Shown: positions 45,506 through 56,000 of the stretch, piece after piece
How the letters are laid out: each line of letters begins with the position of its first letter
Numbering within the stretch: the stretch's first letter is position 1
Source of the DNA: Planctomycetota bacterium
GTDB taxonomy: Bacteria > Planctomycetota > UBA8108 > SXIK01
Reading direction: 5' to 3'
NCBI GenBank assembly: GCA_965223845.1
Contig: CBDCXR010000004.1
Location: forward strand, 5,888,001 to 5,952,000
DNA length: 64,000 bases
Made by a program: the position numbers and the translations under genes
The notes under the pieces: model-generated
Told to the model about the DNA's origin: nothing
The model's input: the letters and a program-made list of their open reading frames with translations, nothing else
Database searches by the model: none

Positions 45506-46633
45506 CTACGACCGCGTGAATTCCGGCAGGCGCACGATCTCGCCCCCCTTCTGCGCCGACTCGTGCGCACAGAGGCCGACGCAAGTCCAGTTCGCCGACT
45601 GAGCGGCGTTCGGATACGGATCGCGTCCTTCGAGGAGCGCACTCACGAACTCGTGGGCGAGATGCGGGTGCGAGCCGCCGTGACCGGCTCCTTGCGTGAA
45701 CGAGAGGTGAGTGTTCTCGTCGAGGTCGTAGACGCCCTTCGTCGTGAAGGGCTGGATCTCCGCGGGGAGCAGGTGCGCGTAGTCGGGTACCGTGATGCGC
45801 TCGGGGATTTCGTGCTCGGGCTTCTTCGCCGTGTGGAGCACCGGATCCTCACCCTCGATGAGCGGCCATTCGAAAGCCTTCTTCGAGCCGTAGACGTCGA
45901 AGCTCTCACGGTATTGACGCGCGGTGTCGAAGAGCGAGCGGTAGATGCGCGCGGTCACGTCGCTGTCGGCGAGCTTAACGTGGCAGGTCTCGACCGCGTA
46001 CGGCGAGTTGTAGACCGGGATCAGCTCGTCGCGGATCGTTCCCGATCCGAAGCACGAGACGTACTCCGCGTCCTTCCGCGTGAGCGCGAGGCAGGGGCCG
46101 ACGCAGTGCGTCGCGTAGTGCATGGGAGGAAGGCCCGGCCAGTAGTCCGGCCACCCGTCCATGTCCTGTTGGTGACTCGCTTGGAGGAATTGTATCTTTC
46201 CGAACTCACCCTTTTCGAACAGCTCGCGGCAGTAGAGGTACTCGCGCGCGTAGACGACGGTCTCTGCCATCATGTACTTGAGCCCGGTTTCCTTGACGAG
46301 CTCGACGATCTGACGGCACTCGTCGATCGTCGTCGCCATCGGCACCGTACACATGACGTGCTTTCCCGCCTTGAGAGCGGCGATCGACTGCGGAGCGTGA
46401 TCGGGAATCGGCGTGTTGATGTGGACGAAGTCGACGTTCGGGTCCGCGAGTACGTCCTCGTACTTCGTGTAGCGCTTCTCGATGCCGAGCGCGTCACCGA
46501 TCTGGTTCATCTTGTCCGCCGAGCGCTGGCAGATCGCGTACATGTTCGCGTTCGGATGCCGCTGGTAGATCGGAATGAACTCTGCGCCGAATCCGAGTCC
46601 GATGATCGCAACGTTGACCTTCTTGTCGCTCAT
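45506..46633 (-). CDS. Gfo/Idh/MocA family oxidoreductase
   Basis: VAIIGLGFG Rossmann motif, DFVHINTP..H, ALKAGKHVMCTVP. Confidence 0.88.
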   Translation of the reverse strand: MSDKKVNVAIIGLGFGAEFIPIYQRHPNANMYAICQRSADKMNQIGDALGIEKRYTKYEDVLADPNVDFVHINTPIPDHAPQSIAALKAGKHVMCTVPMATTIDECRQIVELVKETGLKYMMAETVVYAREYLYCRELFEKGEFGKIQFLQASHQQDMDGWPDYWPGLPPMHYATHCVGPCLALTRKDAEYVSCFGSGTIRDELIPVYNSPYAVETCHVKLADSDVTARIYRSLFDTARQYRESFDVYGSKKAFEWPLIEGEDPVLHTAKKPEHEIPERITVPDYAHLLPAEIQPFTTKGVYDLDENTHLSFTQGAGHGGSHPHLAHEFVSALLEGRDPYPNAAQSANWTCVGLCAHESAQKGGEIVRLPEFTRS

Positions 46634-46902
46634 GGCTCTCGCTTCTTCTTGGGCCGTAAAGGGGACGGGACGCGGAAGATTCTCGGCCAGCTAGGGGGCG
46701 AAATCAAGCGATGGAGTGCCGCGCGCGTGCCGAGTATCCGCGGTCTCGACACCTTCGCGGACGGTGGTGAGCGCACGCGCCGAGTTACCGGTGATCGATC
46801 CGAGTTTCGCGCAAGATCGGACGCGGACTTACGCGAGATGGAGGATGCCGCAAATCGCGGCGCGTCCACGAGAGGATCATTTCCAGCCAAGGGGTAACCG
46901 AC

Positions 46903-48027
46903 ATGAGCGTCGCCATCTCGCGCGTTGTGAGTTTCCGGTCGGTCGGCACGTTCGCCGTCCTCGCCAGCTTCCTCGCTGCCGGTTGCGGCGGGAGCAGCAG
47001 CGACTCTGGTCCTCCCGTTGGAACCGAGGCGGCGGAGACGGCTGCGGCGATGGCGGAGCTCGGCATCGAGGGTCTCGAGGGAGTTCTCTCCTTCGAAGGA
47101 GACGCGCCGGCCGCGGTGGCCGTCGTCGATTCGGGCACGTCACTCGCGCAGAGCTTCCTCCGCCGATCCGGGATCTTCCGCTTTCTTCCCGAGGGGGCGA
47201 CTGGCGACGGCGTCGCGAGTGCGGTCGCCGCTTGCGGATCGGGCGGAACGATCACATCGGACTGCACTGTCGATGGCAGCGTGAGTACGCTCAGCGTCAC
47301 AGCCTCGAACTGCGTAGAAGACGACTTCGGCACCGTCATCTCGATGAACGGGAACATGACGATGTCCACCGAAGACCCGACCGCTTGCGCAGACGAGCTC
47401 GACTCGGCGGACGACGTCTCGATCTCGCTCAATAGTTTTCAGATCACGACGCGGGTCGGCGGCAACATCGTCGGCAGCTTGTTCATGGATGGAGATCTGA
47501 GCTTCGTAGAAGGGGTCGATCCCGGTTGCATGCTCGACACCGGTACTTTGACCGCGGACTACATCGTGCGATTCTTCTCGGCCGAGGACGGAGAAGACAT
47601 CACCGTCGAGGCAACGAATCTCACGATGACGATCACGACCGCGACCTCGCCCTGCCAAGACACGATCGCAGTCGACGGGACCCTCTACGTCGACAACCGC
47701 GTCACGGGTCGGCGCATGCGCCAGACCTACAACGGATTCACCGTCGTGCTCGAGCCGGTCACCGGCGGCGTCGAACTCACGCTGAGCGGAGAGACGTCGC
47801 TCAACTGCATGGGCGCCGTCACGTTCGTGACGAACACCCCGCTCTTCATTGCGGATGGTGATGACTGCGCGACGAGCGGCGAACTCCTCGTGACGATCGT
47901 CGATACGGGCGAAGTCGCCCTGGTTACCTACAACGGGGACGGATCGGTCGACATCGATCTCGGGAACGACGGATCCGTCGACCGAAGCCGCGCCTGCGGC
48001 GCCGTTCGTCCGGCTTGCACGAGCTGA
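46903..48027 (+). CDS. Hypothetical acidic, Thr-rich beta-strand lipoprotein
   Basis: Lipobox FLAAGC followed by GGSSSDSG; scattered Cys; ends with VDIDLGNDGSVD. Confidence 0.7.
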   Translation: MSVAISRVVSFRSVGTFAVLASFLAAGCGGSSSDSGPPVGTEAAETAAAMAELGIEGLEGVLSFEGDAPAAVAVVDSGTSLAQSFLRRSGIFRFLPEGATGDGVASAVAACGSGGTITSDCTVDGSVSTLSVTASNCVEDDFGTVISMNGNMTMSTEDPTACADELDSADDVSISLNSFQITTRVGGNIVGSLFMDGDLSFVEGVDPGCMLDTGTLTADYIVRFFSAEDGEDITVEATNLTMTITTATSPCQDTIAVDGTLYVDNRVTGRRMRQTYNGFTVVLEPVTGGVELTLSGETSLNCMGAVTFVTNTPLFIADGDDCATSGELLVTIVDTGEVALVTYNGDGSVDIDLGNDGSVDRSRACGAVRPACTS

Positions 48028-48071
48028 CACCGACCGAAACCGAAATCAGATTCCGGGGTTGGGGTGAACAT

Positions 48072-48109
48072 ACGGAGGTGCGGCCCGTGCGCACCTCCGT
48101 TTTCACTTT
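48072..48109 (+). terminator. Intrinsic terminator between convergent genes
   Basis: Stem acggaggtgcg / cgcacctccgt followed by tttcacttt. Confidence 0.65.
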
Positions 48110-50148
48110 CGGAGCAGGGTTTCTCGCGCACTTTCGTCCGCGCGCCGCGAGTAGTCGACGGCAAACCAGCGGAGCGAACCGCGGCCGCGTGAGCGAACGC
48201 CGAGCTCGAGTGATTCGCCGTCGATCGCGCGGTCGCTCGCGAGGACGAGGAAGAAGAAGCCGCCCGAATCGACGGCCGACGTCCACGTCGGTAGGTAGAG
48301 AAGCTCTGCTTTGCTGTCTTCGTCAAACCAGCGGCTCGGTCGATTTGTCGCGTCGAACCGGAGCACGACCTCGCCGTTGACGAGGAGCTCGAAGCCTTCG
48401 GTCTTCGGCTGGCTGAGGTAACCGAGGCCGCCGATGAACGCCAGCGTGACTCGATCGCCGACTCCTCTCTTCACCTTGGCCGTCTTCCAGGTGAGCGTCG
48501 CTCCACGCGCCATCTGACGGACGTAGGGGCGAAATCGCTTTGTTCCGGTGTAATCGAACCAGCTGTCTGTGCCTCCGTCGTTCTCCTCGAGCGCGGCGAA
48601 GCCGTCCTGAGCGCTCGCGAGTGCTCGCTCGAGCGTTGCGGCCCGGATGGGCGTGTTCCCGGCTTCGACCTCGGCGAGGAGCGCCGCGACTCGATTCTCG
48701 AGCGCCGAACTCTCGACCGGGGAGAGAGCGGGAGGGTCCGCGAGCCGCGCCGGGTCGGCCTTCGGGTGAGTGTGAAACGGCGATGGACCGAGCTCGGCTC
48801 GTGGCGCGAAGCTCTTCGGCACGAGCTCGTGTACGGCGCTCACGATGACGTCTTCTACCTCCGGTGCGTAGCGCGTAGGGAGTTCGTAATAGGTCTGAGA
48901 AAACTCCGCTTCGTAACCGCCCTCGCGAAGAATCCGCTTCGACGGAATGTACGACGGCACGTCGTTCGCCCACGCGTTGATCCAGAGTCGCGACCAGTCG
49001 AGCTCGCGCTTGAGGCGTACGGCGTAGTCGACGACCACCTCGCCGGGAAGAAAGACGATCGCGAGATCGTCACCAAACGACCACGTCGTCACCGGGTAGC
49101 GTACGTGCGTCGGGATCGATCCCTCGCGCGCGAGGATCTCGAGTTGGCGGCGTGCGTTCTCGCCGTCGAAGTCGCGCCGTCTCGCGAGCTCTTCGAAGTG
49201 CGCGCGGTCGGGGATCGGCGCGAGCGGGAGAGCGAGCTCACTCGCGGCGACGACGGGCGGACCGGGAAGCGGCGTCAGTTGCGAACGCAAGACTCGGCGG
49301 ACCTCGGCTCCGATCGCATTGCCGTGCGCGCTCGCGTTCGCGTCCGATCCCGACGGCTGCGGGCCCACGTCCGCTCCGCAACCGATCGTCGTCAGTGACG
49401 TCGAGCCGGGAAACGCCGATTCGATCGCGTCGTTCGCGTAGCCCGCCCAATCGCCGTGAACGCGATTCCGAGCGCCGAGCGTCGTACAGTGACACGCGTA
49501 GCTCGTCCAAACGGCGAACGGCGTTCCCGCTGGATCGCGGGCGAGGAGGACGGGGAGGCTGTGATCGACCGGCGCTTCGATCTGAAAGCCGAAGCCGCGC
49601 CACTCGCCGTCGCGCATGATCCTCCGGTTGCCGCCGAATTCGACGCGGCCTAGTCCCCACTCGAGGGAAGCCTCGCGGCGCGCACGAAGCGCTCTCCGGC
49701 CAACCTCGACGACGCGATCTACGAGCCACCCCGCGTACCGTTCCATATTCGCTTCCTGAGCGGCGGTCGTCCGACCGCCCCAGAGAACGCGCGCGTAGCC
49801 GGGGAGAGAAGGCGCGTTGTGCGTGTGGGTCGATGCGATCGTGATGCGGCGGCCGTCGAGACCGGCGTCGCGGCGGAATCGTTCGACGATTCGCTTCGTG
49901 ATTCGCTCGGGCACACCGCAGTTATCCACCGCGACGAGGAGGACTGGCGACGACGCGCCGATCGCGAGTGCGCGCGCCCAGATCTTCGTGTCGATCCCTT
50001 CGTGCTCGGTCGTCCGGCCGCCGTAGCCGGCGAGAACGACGGGATGGGTCGGAGTGATGTCGATTTTCGCCACGCCAACTTGCGTCGCGAGCACGCGCTC
50101 AGGAGCGAGCGCGATGGTGGCGAGGAGGATGACGATCGAGAGGCGCAT
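48103..50148 (-). CDS. Neutral/alkaline ceramidase-N-terminal-like hydrolase with C-terminal extension
   Basis: Signal peptide; VGVAKIDITP..LAGYGGR, STHTHNAP, YACHCTT, GCGADVGP, LPGEVVVDY, EGGYE. Confidence 0.78.
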   Translation of the reverse strand: MRLSIVILLATIALAPERVLATQVGVAKIDITPTHPVVLAGYGGRTTEHEGIDTKIWARALAIGASSPVLLVAVDNCGVPERITKRIVERFRRDAGLDGRRITIASTHTHNAPSLPGYARVLWGGRTTAAQEANMERYAGWLVDRVVEVGRRALRARREASLEWGLGRVEFGGNRRIMRDGEWRGFGFQIEAPVDHSLPVLLARDPAGTPFAVWTSYACHCTTLGARNRVHGDWAGYANDAIESAFPGSTSLTTIGCGADVGPQPSGSDANASAHGNAIGAEVRRVLRSQLTPLPGPPVVAASELALPLAPIPDRAHFEELARRRDFDGENARRQLEILAREGSIPTHVRYPVTTWSFGDDLAIVFLPGEVVVDYAVRLKRELDWSRLWINAWANDVPSYIPSKRILREGGYEAEFSQTYYELPTRYAPEVEDVIVSAVHELVPKSFAPRAELGPSPFHTHPKADPARLADPPALSPVESSALENRVAALLAEVEAGNTPIRAATLERALASAQDGFAALEENDGGTDSWFDYTGTKRFRPYVRQMARGATLTWKTAKVKRGVGDRVTLAFIGGLGYLSQPKTEGFELLVNGEVVLRFDATNRPSRWFDEDSKAELLYLPTWTSAVDSGGFFFLVLASDRAIDGESLELGVRSRGRGSLRWFAVDYSRRADESARETLLRK

Positions 50149-50322
50149 GATCAGGTTTCCTCGGGAGGTCCCTCGCCGAAATACGCAATCGGCATCGAGC
50201 CGGACGCATCTTACCGCGATCGCGATCTGGATCGGTGTGCCCGTTTTGCTCGGGGAACCGCTCCGATCACGGCGCCAAAATACCGAGTCGCTCCGATTCG
50301 AAGGCCTCTCCTCGCCGCGCTC

Positions 50323-51789
50323 ATGGCCAATCGTCGGCTGACAACTGCCGGACTCTTGCTTGTCGCTTTGGGCCTCATCCCCGTTGCGTCTTGGTCGCGA
50401 CATCACCAGCGCAGGCTCCAAGCGGAACGGATTTGCTCGGGTCCTCTCCGCGATCGAGCGATCGCGCTCGCCTCGTACGGGCTCGGGCCGATCGAGGAGA
50501 TCGGCGATCGTAAAGAGATCGCCGCGGAGATTTTTCGCGATCTCGCGAAGATCGGACAAGATCTGAAGTCTCTCAGTAGAGATCAACTCGAACGGCTCTA
50601 CCGGATCTGGATCGAGCTCTACCGAGACGACCTAGAAGCAGCCTTTCGCAGGCTGTCGGCGCTTCGCTCGATCCCGGAGGCGCCGGGGGAGTGGGTCCAG
50701 GACACGATCACCCTTCAGAGCCTTCCTTTCGATCTCTACGATTTGATTCCAATCATCCAGGCGACCGAACGATCGATCCTGCTCTCCGTAGAGGCAGACG
50801 TGACAATCGGTCTCCAAGTTTGGTTTTACCTGGAAGAGTTCGCAGCGAATCCAGTTTGGAATCCGCCTTCAAACGTCTCCGACATCGTTTATCGCGCGAC
50901 TCGCTCCCCGTTTGCTGCCGTACGGGTTCTCGCATTCGAGGCTCTTGCCGAGCTCGATCTCAGCTACGATCGATGGAACGAATTCTTCGGCCGCGAGACG
51001 AATCGCATCGTCCTCGGTGCGGCGTGCGACGCGCTCGAAAGCAGTGCGAGCCAGCCGCGATTCGACGCGTCGAGCTTGCGACGCTTCGTCGACCTTGTCG
51101 GTGTGAGGCGGTTTTCTAGTTACGCTCTTACGATTCTAGTTCGCCAGCGGGACCTCGTGCCGAAGCGAGAACTGTGGAGGGTCGCCATCGCTCGTAAGGC
51201 GGCCGACATTCGCGCTGCGGAGACCTACGGGCCTGGCTGCTTTTACGAGTCATCCGAATTCGAGCAGATCGGAGTGATTCTCGCCGGGAGCGGATGCGGC
51301 TCGCTCGCCATCCCGTACGAAGACTCACTCGCGTTTCGTTCGGTTCTTCACTACGTCGTCGCTGCGAGCATCGCCGGCTGCACTCCCGAGGACGCCGCCG
51401 AACGGCTAAGCTCCATCGCGAGACGCGACGAAGGCGCTGATGTCGTTTTCGCGATCTTCGCTTCCCGATCGAGTGATTACGGCTGCGACGAACCGATCTA
51501 CTATTGGTTTCAAAACGGCTCCGACGAGCGGCAGCTCCGCGCGTTTGAGTTACTCGAGAAGTTCGATGCGGGATCGCTCCGATTCTTCCGCGCATGCGCT
51601 CGCGACGGGTTGCGCGCCGAGACGAGAGCTATTCGGGCGCGTTCGGCGGAAGCGCTGCTCTCTGCTCCCGAATCCCTGCACGCGGAATTCCGGCGATTGG
51701 TCGAGGAAGCGCTCCGGACCGAGCGAGATGAGGCCGTCCGGTCGCAGCTTTCGCAAACGATCTCGTTTCTCGGTCGCGAAGAGCGCTAG
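50323..51789 (+). CDS. Hypothetical helical (HEAT-like) protein with N-terminal membrane anchor
   Basis: N-terminal TM segment; helical repeats such as AVRVLAFEALAEL, AIRARSAEALL, ERDEAVR. Confidence 0.55.
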   Translation: MANRRLTTAGLLLVALGLIPVASWSRHHQRRLQAERICSGPLRDRAIALASYGLGPIEEIGDRKEIAAEIFRDLAKIGQDLKSLSRDQLERLYRIWIELYRDDLEAAFRRLSALRSIPEAPGEWVQDTITLQSLPFDLYDLIPIIQATERSILLSVEADVTIGLQVWFYLEEFAANPVWNPPSNVSDIVYRATRSPFAAVRVLAFEALAELDLSYDRWNEFFGRETNRIVLGAACDALESSASQPRFDASSLRRFVDLVGVRRFSSYALTILVRQRDLVPKRELWRVAIARKAADIRAAETYGPGCFYESSEFEQIGVILAGSGCGSLAIPYEDSLAFRSVLHYVVAASIAGCTPEDAAERLSSIARRDEGADVVFAIFASRSSDYGCDEPIYYWFQNGSDERQLRAFELLEKFDAGSLRFFRACARDGLRAETRAIRARSAEALLSAPESLHAEFRRLVEEALRTERDEAVRSQLSQTISFLGREER

Positions 51790-51791
51790 CG

Positions 51792-52319
51792 ATGACGCGA
51801 AGAACAAGCTTCTTGGCCCTCCTGCCGGTGACCCTCGCCCTGTCCGGCTGCGGAACCGTCCACGACCTGACGCAGGGCGGGCCGCGGATGTACGGAGGAG
51901 TGCGACAACTCCGCTCGATCGGCCCGTGCTCCTGCCTCGTTGCCCTCGGGCCGTGCGCTCTTCCCGACTTCGTGGTGAGCGCGGTCGCGGATACGGCGCT
52001 CCTTCCGATTTCGATCCCGGTCGCGCTGAGTCGTAGACCCGGTGGAAGCGAGAGTTTCTACACCGATGAATCCGCTTGGAACCAAGTGTTGGCGGCTTAC
52101 AGGTCCAAGGAGTGGGAAAATCCCGTTCGCGGCCAACGGACTCTCGAGAATATAGAGAAACTCGGCGAGCTCGAAGGCTACCGAGTCTACGCGGATCCCA
52201 CCGCCTCCGACGACGAGACGGTTGATTGTCCTGCCGACTCGCCTCTCAAGTCCGAGGACTCCACGAAACCTGGCATTCCGGTAGCGCCGCCTGAAGCCGC
52301 TTCACCCCCGCCTCGGTGA
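51792..52319 (+). CDS. YceK/YidQ-like lipoprotein with C-terminal extension
   Basis: LSGCGTV lipobox, YGGVR, DFVVSAVADTALLP. Confidence 0.7.
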   Translation: MTRRTSFLALLPVTLALSGCGTVHDLTQGGPRMYGGVRQLRSIGPCSCLVALGPCALPDFVVSAVADTALLPISIPVALSRRPGGSESFYTDESAWNQVLAAYRSKEWENPVRGQRTLENIEKLGELEGYRVYADPTASDDETVDCPADSPLKSEDSTKPGIPVAPPEAASPPPR

Positions 52320-52920
52320 CGTTCGTTCTCTTAAGGACGATGAACCGGAGGTTCTTGAGTCCGCGCAAGTGCTCGAGGCCGCCGTCACTCACGACCGTGT
52401 CGTAGAGGTTGAGATTTCGCAATTGCGACATGTTGGCGAGGTGCGGGAGAGTTTCGTTCGTGATCTTGGAGCGACCGAGAGTCAGGCTTTCGAGCTGAAT
52501 GAGCCCTTTGAGATGCGCCGTGCCGGCGTCGCTCACGACGGACGACGGGCAGTAGAGATTCCGCAGGCGGGTGAGCTTTCCGATGTGCGCGAAGGCCTCG
52601 TCGCCGATCGGACCGGAGATGCTGAGACTCGTGAGCTGTCGCATGCCATCGAGATGCGCGAGCGCTCCATCGCTGATGCCGGTCTTGAAGAGATTGAGCG
52701 ACTGGAGATCCTTGAGCTCGCTGACATCCTTGACCGCCGCGTCTTTTACCTCGGTTCCTTCGAGGTATACGGAGACGACGGCCGATCGCGCCTTGCCCCC
52801 GAGTGCGCGAATGCGGGCGAGCGCGGACTCGCGATCTCCCTTCGCTTCGGCGGAAAGCCCGGCAAGCAAAACTACAGCGAAGAGCGAGACGGCGGAGAGG
52901 TAGAGGAAGCGAGCATTCAT
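52246..52920 (-). CDS. Secreted leucine-rich-repeat protein
   Basis: Signal peptide; 24-aa repeats LQSLNLFKTGISDGALAHL, LRNLNLYDTVVSDGGLEHL; ends LQAALPECQV. Confidence 0.85.
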   Translation of the reverse strand: MNARFLYLSAVSLFAVVLLAGLSAEAKGDRESALARIRALGGKARSAVVSVYLEGTEVKDAAVKDVSELKDLQSLNLFKTGISDGALAHLDGMRQLTSLSISGPIGDEAFAHIGKLTRLRNLYCPSSVVSDAGTAHLKGLIQLESLTLGRSKITNETLPHLANMSQLRNLNLYDTVVSDGGLEHLRGLKNLRFIVLKRTNVTEAGVKRLQAALPECQVSWSPRT

Positions 52921-53072
52921 CTGCGGTCCTCCGAGAAGAAGAAACACCGGACGACCGACAAGTCGCACCGGCGGTCCACGTGGGCGGACGAAACACGGGC
53001 ATCATCCACGAAGTACGATGAGCCCGCGCGAGTTCGTGTCACGATTGTGTCATAGACCGAGCGAACTGGGCG

Positions 53073-56000
53073 CTAGCCCCCACAATCGCTCGCGCAGCCC
53101 TCGATGCGGACGCATCGTGTTCCGAGCGCCGGCGGCGGTCCTTCGAGGAAGATGTAGTTGAGGACGAAGATCACGTCGCTCACGTTGACTCCGCCGCTCG
53201 CGTTCGCGTCGAGAAGCGCGACGTTTCCGGCGCTCGCGATATCGCCGTCGCAGGGCATCGCCGCTCCGGCGCCGCCGAAGAGACGACGGAGGAGCGAGAG
53301 TCCGTCCGAGATGTCGAGTCGTCCGTCGACGTTGCTGTCGCTCGGGAGGCGTCGTCCGCCCGGCGCGGCGCCGTCGTCGTCGCGGCCCGGCGAGCCGCCG
53401 GGATCGGCGCTCTCGTTCCAGCTGTCCGGATCGGCCCACGCGGAGGTGTCGACGCCGTCGTCGACGATGTGGAGCGAGGGGCCGCCGCCGTCGGTCGCGC
53501 CGTACCAGAGGTCGCTGTACTCGAACTCGAGGATCGTGAGGTTCTGGCCGTAGGTGAGACGGAGCCGTTCGCCGCCGTTGCTGAGCCGGCCGGAGTACTC
53601 TCCGGCGATCGAGATTTCGCTCGTGTCGTAGACGGACTCGAACACTTGCCGGTTCTCGACGACGACGACGTACTCGCCGGGCCCGAGTCCGTCGATCTCG
53701 CCATCGGCGAAGTCGAACTCGACGCCGTCGGAGAGCGAGACCTCGCCGAGATCGACAAATGTCGGCCCGATGTTCCGCACTTCGACGAACTCGTGATCGA
53801 TTCCCTCGAGCGGATGGTACATGAGCTCGGTGATGCGAAGAGACTCGACCGCCGCGGGCGCCGTGCTCGGCGCGGTCGGAACGAACTCGACCGATTCCGA
53901 CCACTGGCTCCAGCGTTCGTTCTCGTCCTTCATGCGGACGCGAATGCGGTAGCGCGTCCCGATCTCGAGCGCGTCGATCGGGATCGTCACGTCCGAGACG
54001 AAGACGTCCGACTCCTCGCTTTCCCAGACCGCATCGATCTCGTAGCGGCGACGCTTCAAGGGATCAAACTCGGGCGTGCCAGGAATCGTCACCTCGCCGA
54101 CGCGCCATTTCATCCCGCCGAAGGTATCGGGGCCCTGCGGATCGTCGAACTCACTCGCACGGAAGCGTAGATCATCGAGCGGAAAGCTCGGCGCACCGAG
54201 CGCGACGACCGTCGGGCGATCGGGTATCGCGCCGTCACGCGCGTGCGAGCGAAGCTGGTTCGCACCGTAGCCCTCGAGCGCGAAATCCTTGATCCACTCG
54301 GCCATGCCGCGGTGGTCGGCCGATACGAGTGTGCGAGTGATCGTCCCGCCGCGAGCCGAGTGCGTCGAAGGGTTGCGATAGAACGCGCCGCGATGGCCGC
54401 CGGACGTGCGTGGATGGTAGTTCCACATCGCCTCGTCGACGTCCGCGAAGGAGAGCTCCGCGCCGGGCGGCGTGACTCGCTCGAGGAGCTCATCGACGAC
54501 GATGCCGAACTGCCCGTCGGCAAAAAGGAGATCCTGCAGCTCGCGCGCGCGATTCGCATACTCGATGCGAAACGTCACGTGCTGCGAGAGGCAGTTTTGA
54601 AAGTTCATGATGCCGGACCAGTGAGTCACCGGCATGTAGAGCATGTCGAGGTCCCACGGGATCACCGTCCAGTTGTCCGGCTCGGGACTGTGGTACTGGA
54701 AGATGTTCCAGCCCTCGCGGAGGTCCATGTTGTTCACGGCGCGGTTGGTCGCGCGGAACGAGTAGTACCCCAGAAGATTCACGTTCGAGCGCCACCACGC
54801 GATGGACTGGTTCCGGTTGTAGCCGTTCTTGAGCGCGGAGTAGTCGGACGACGTCGTCACCTGCGTCGGTCCTTGGTTCTTCTTGTCGCCGTTCCCGCCT
54901 TCGATCTTGTAGGTGTTCCCGTCCGGCAGATTTCGCTCGTCGAGGAACGCTCCGTCGGGGATCTCGACCGTGAGATAGAGCCCCCAGAGATCGCCGCGAT
55001 ACTGGTCGCTCGCGTGCGCCTCGACGGCCTCGTCGATGATGCGCAGGTGAAAGAAGCCCGTGTTCGGCGACGGAACGCCCGCGAGTCCGTAAGAGCGAAA
55101 CGCGACCGCCTCGTCGAGTCCGCCCATGCCGCGGTTCGTCGGTACCCACGGCGACGCACACGCGTTCCAGTTCATCCGGCGCCAGCTCGCGTCGTACTTC
55201 CTTCCGTAGTTGTCGCGCGCCTCGAACTCGTGACCGCGATTGAAGTGGATGCGCCACTTGTTCTTCCCGGAGACGTACGTCGAAAACTCGCCGCGGTTCT
55301 CGAACTCGATGTGATCGTAGACGACGCCGTCGTAGACGAGCGTGCCGAGAAAATGAACACCGTCCGACCCGCTGTTGTACTGACTGCGTGTGACGTCGGC
55401 CGCGTCAGCGATGAGATGGTAGACGGGAAGCGAACGCATCAGCTCTTCGCTGAAGGTCTGGACGGGAGTCGACCCCGGGCGGCTCGCCCCTCTCCACGAC
55501 GGCACTCCGTCGTAGACGAAGTAGGCGAAATTCGGTTGCAGGTCGTCGGGGTAGGGAACGGTCACCGCGTCGCCGACGCCGTCGACCGCGCGGATGCGGT
55601 AGCGAACGAAGCGCCGGTGCTGCTGAATCGCGGCGGGGATCGTCGCGGTGAACACATCATCGGCCGGCGCAGCGTCGAGTCCAGTACCGTCGTCGACCAT
55701 CGGAAGCTCGGTCCAGCTCGTCTCGTAGCGGGGATCGTCGAGCGGAATGTAGTCGCCCGGATCGACCGTCTGATACTCGAGCGTCACCGCCCCGATCCCG
55801 TCCGGGTCGGTCGCCTTGATGCTCACCGCGACCGGCACTCCGCTCGCCGGTTCCTTCGGCTCGTGATCGACTTGGCGGAGAAGCGGCGGGATGGCGTCAG
55901 ACGCCACGGAGTTGATTCCTCCGGGAGTCGGCCCGGCGCCTGCGCCCTCCGACTGGAGAAGTCGTCCATCGAAAAACGCGTCGCTGCTTCCCGCAAGCGA

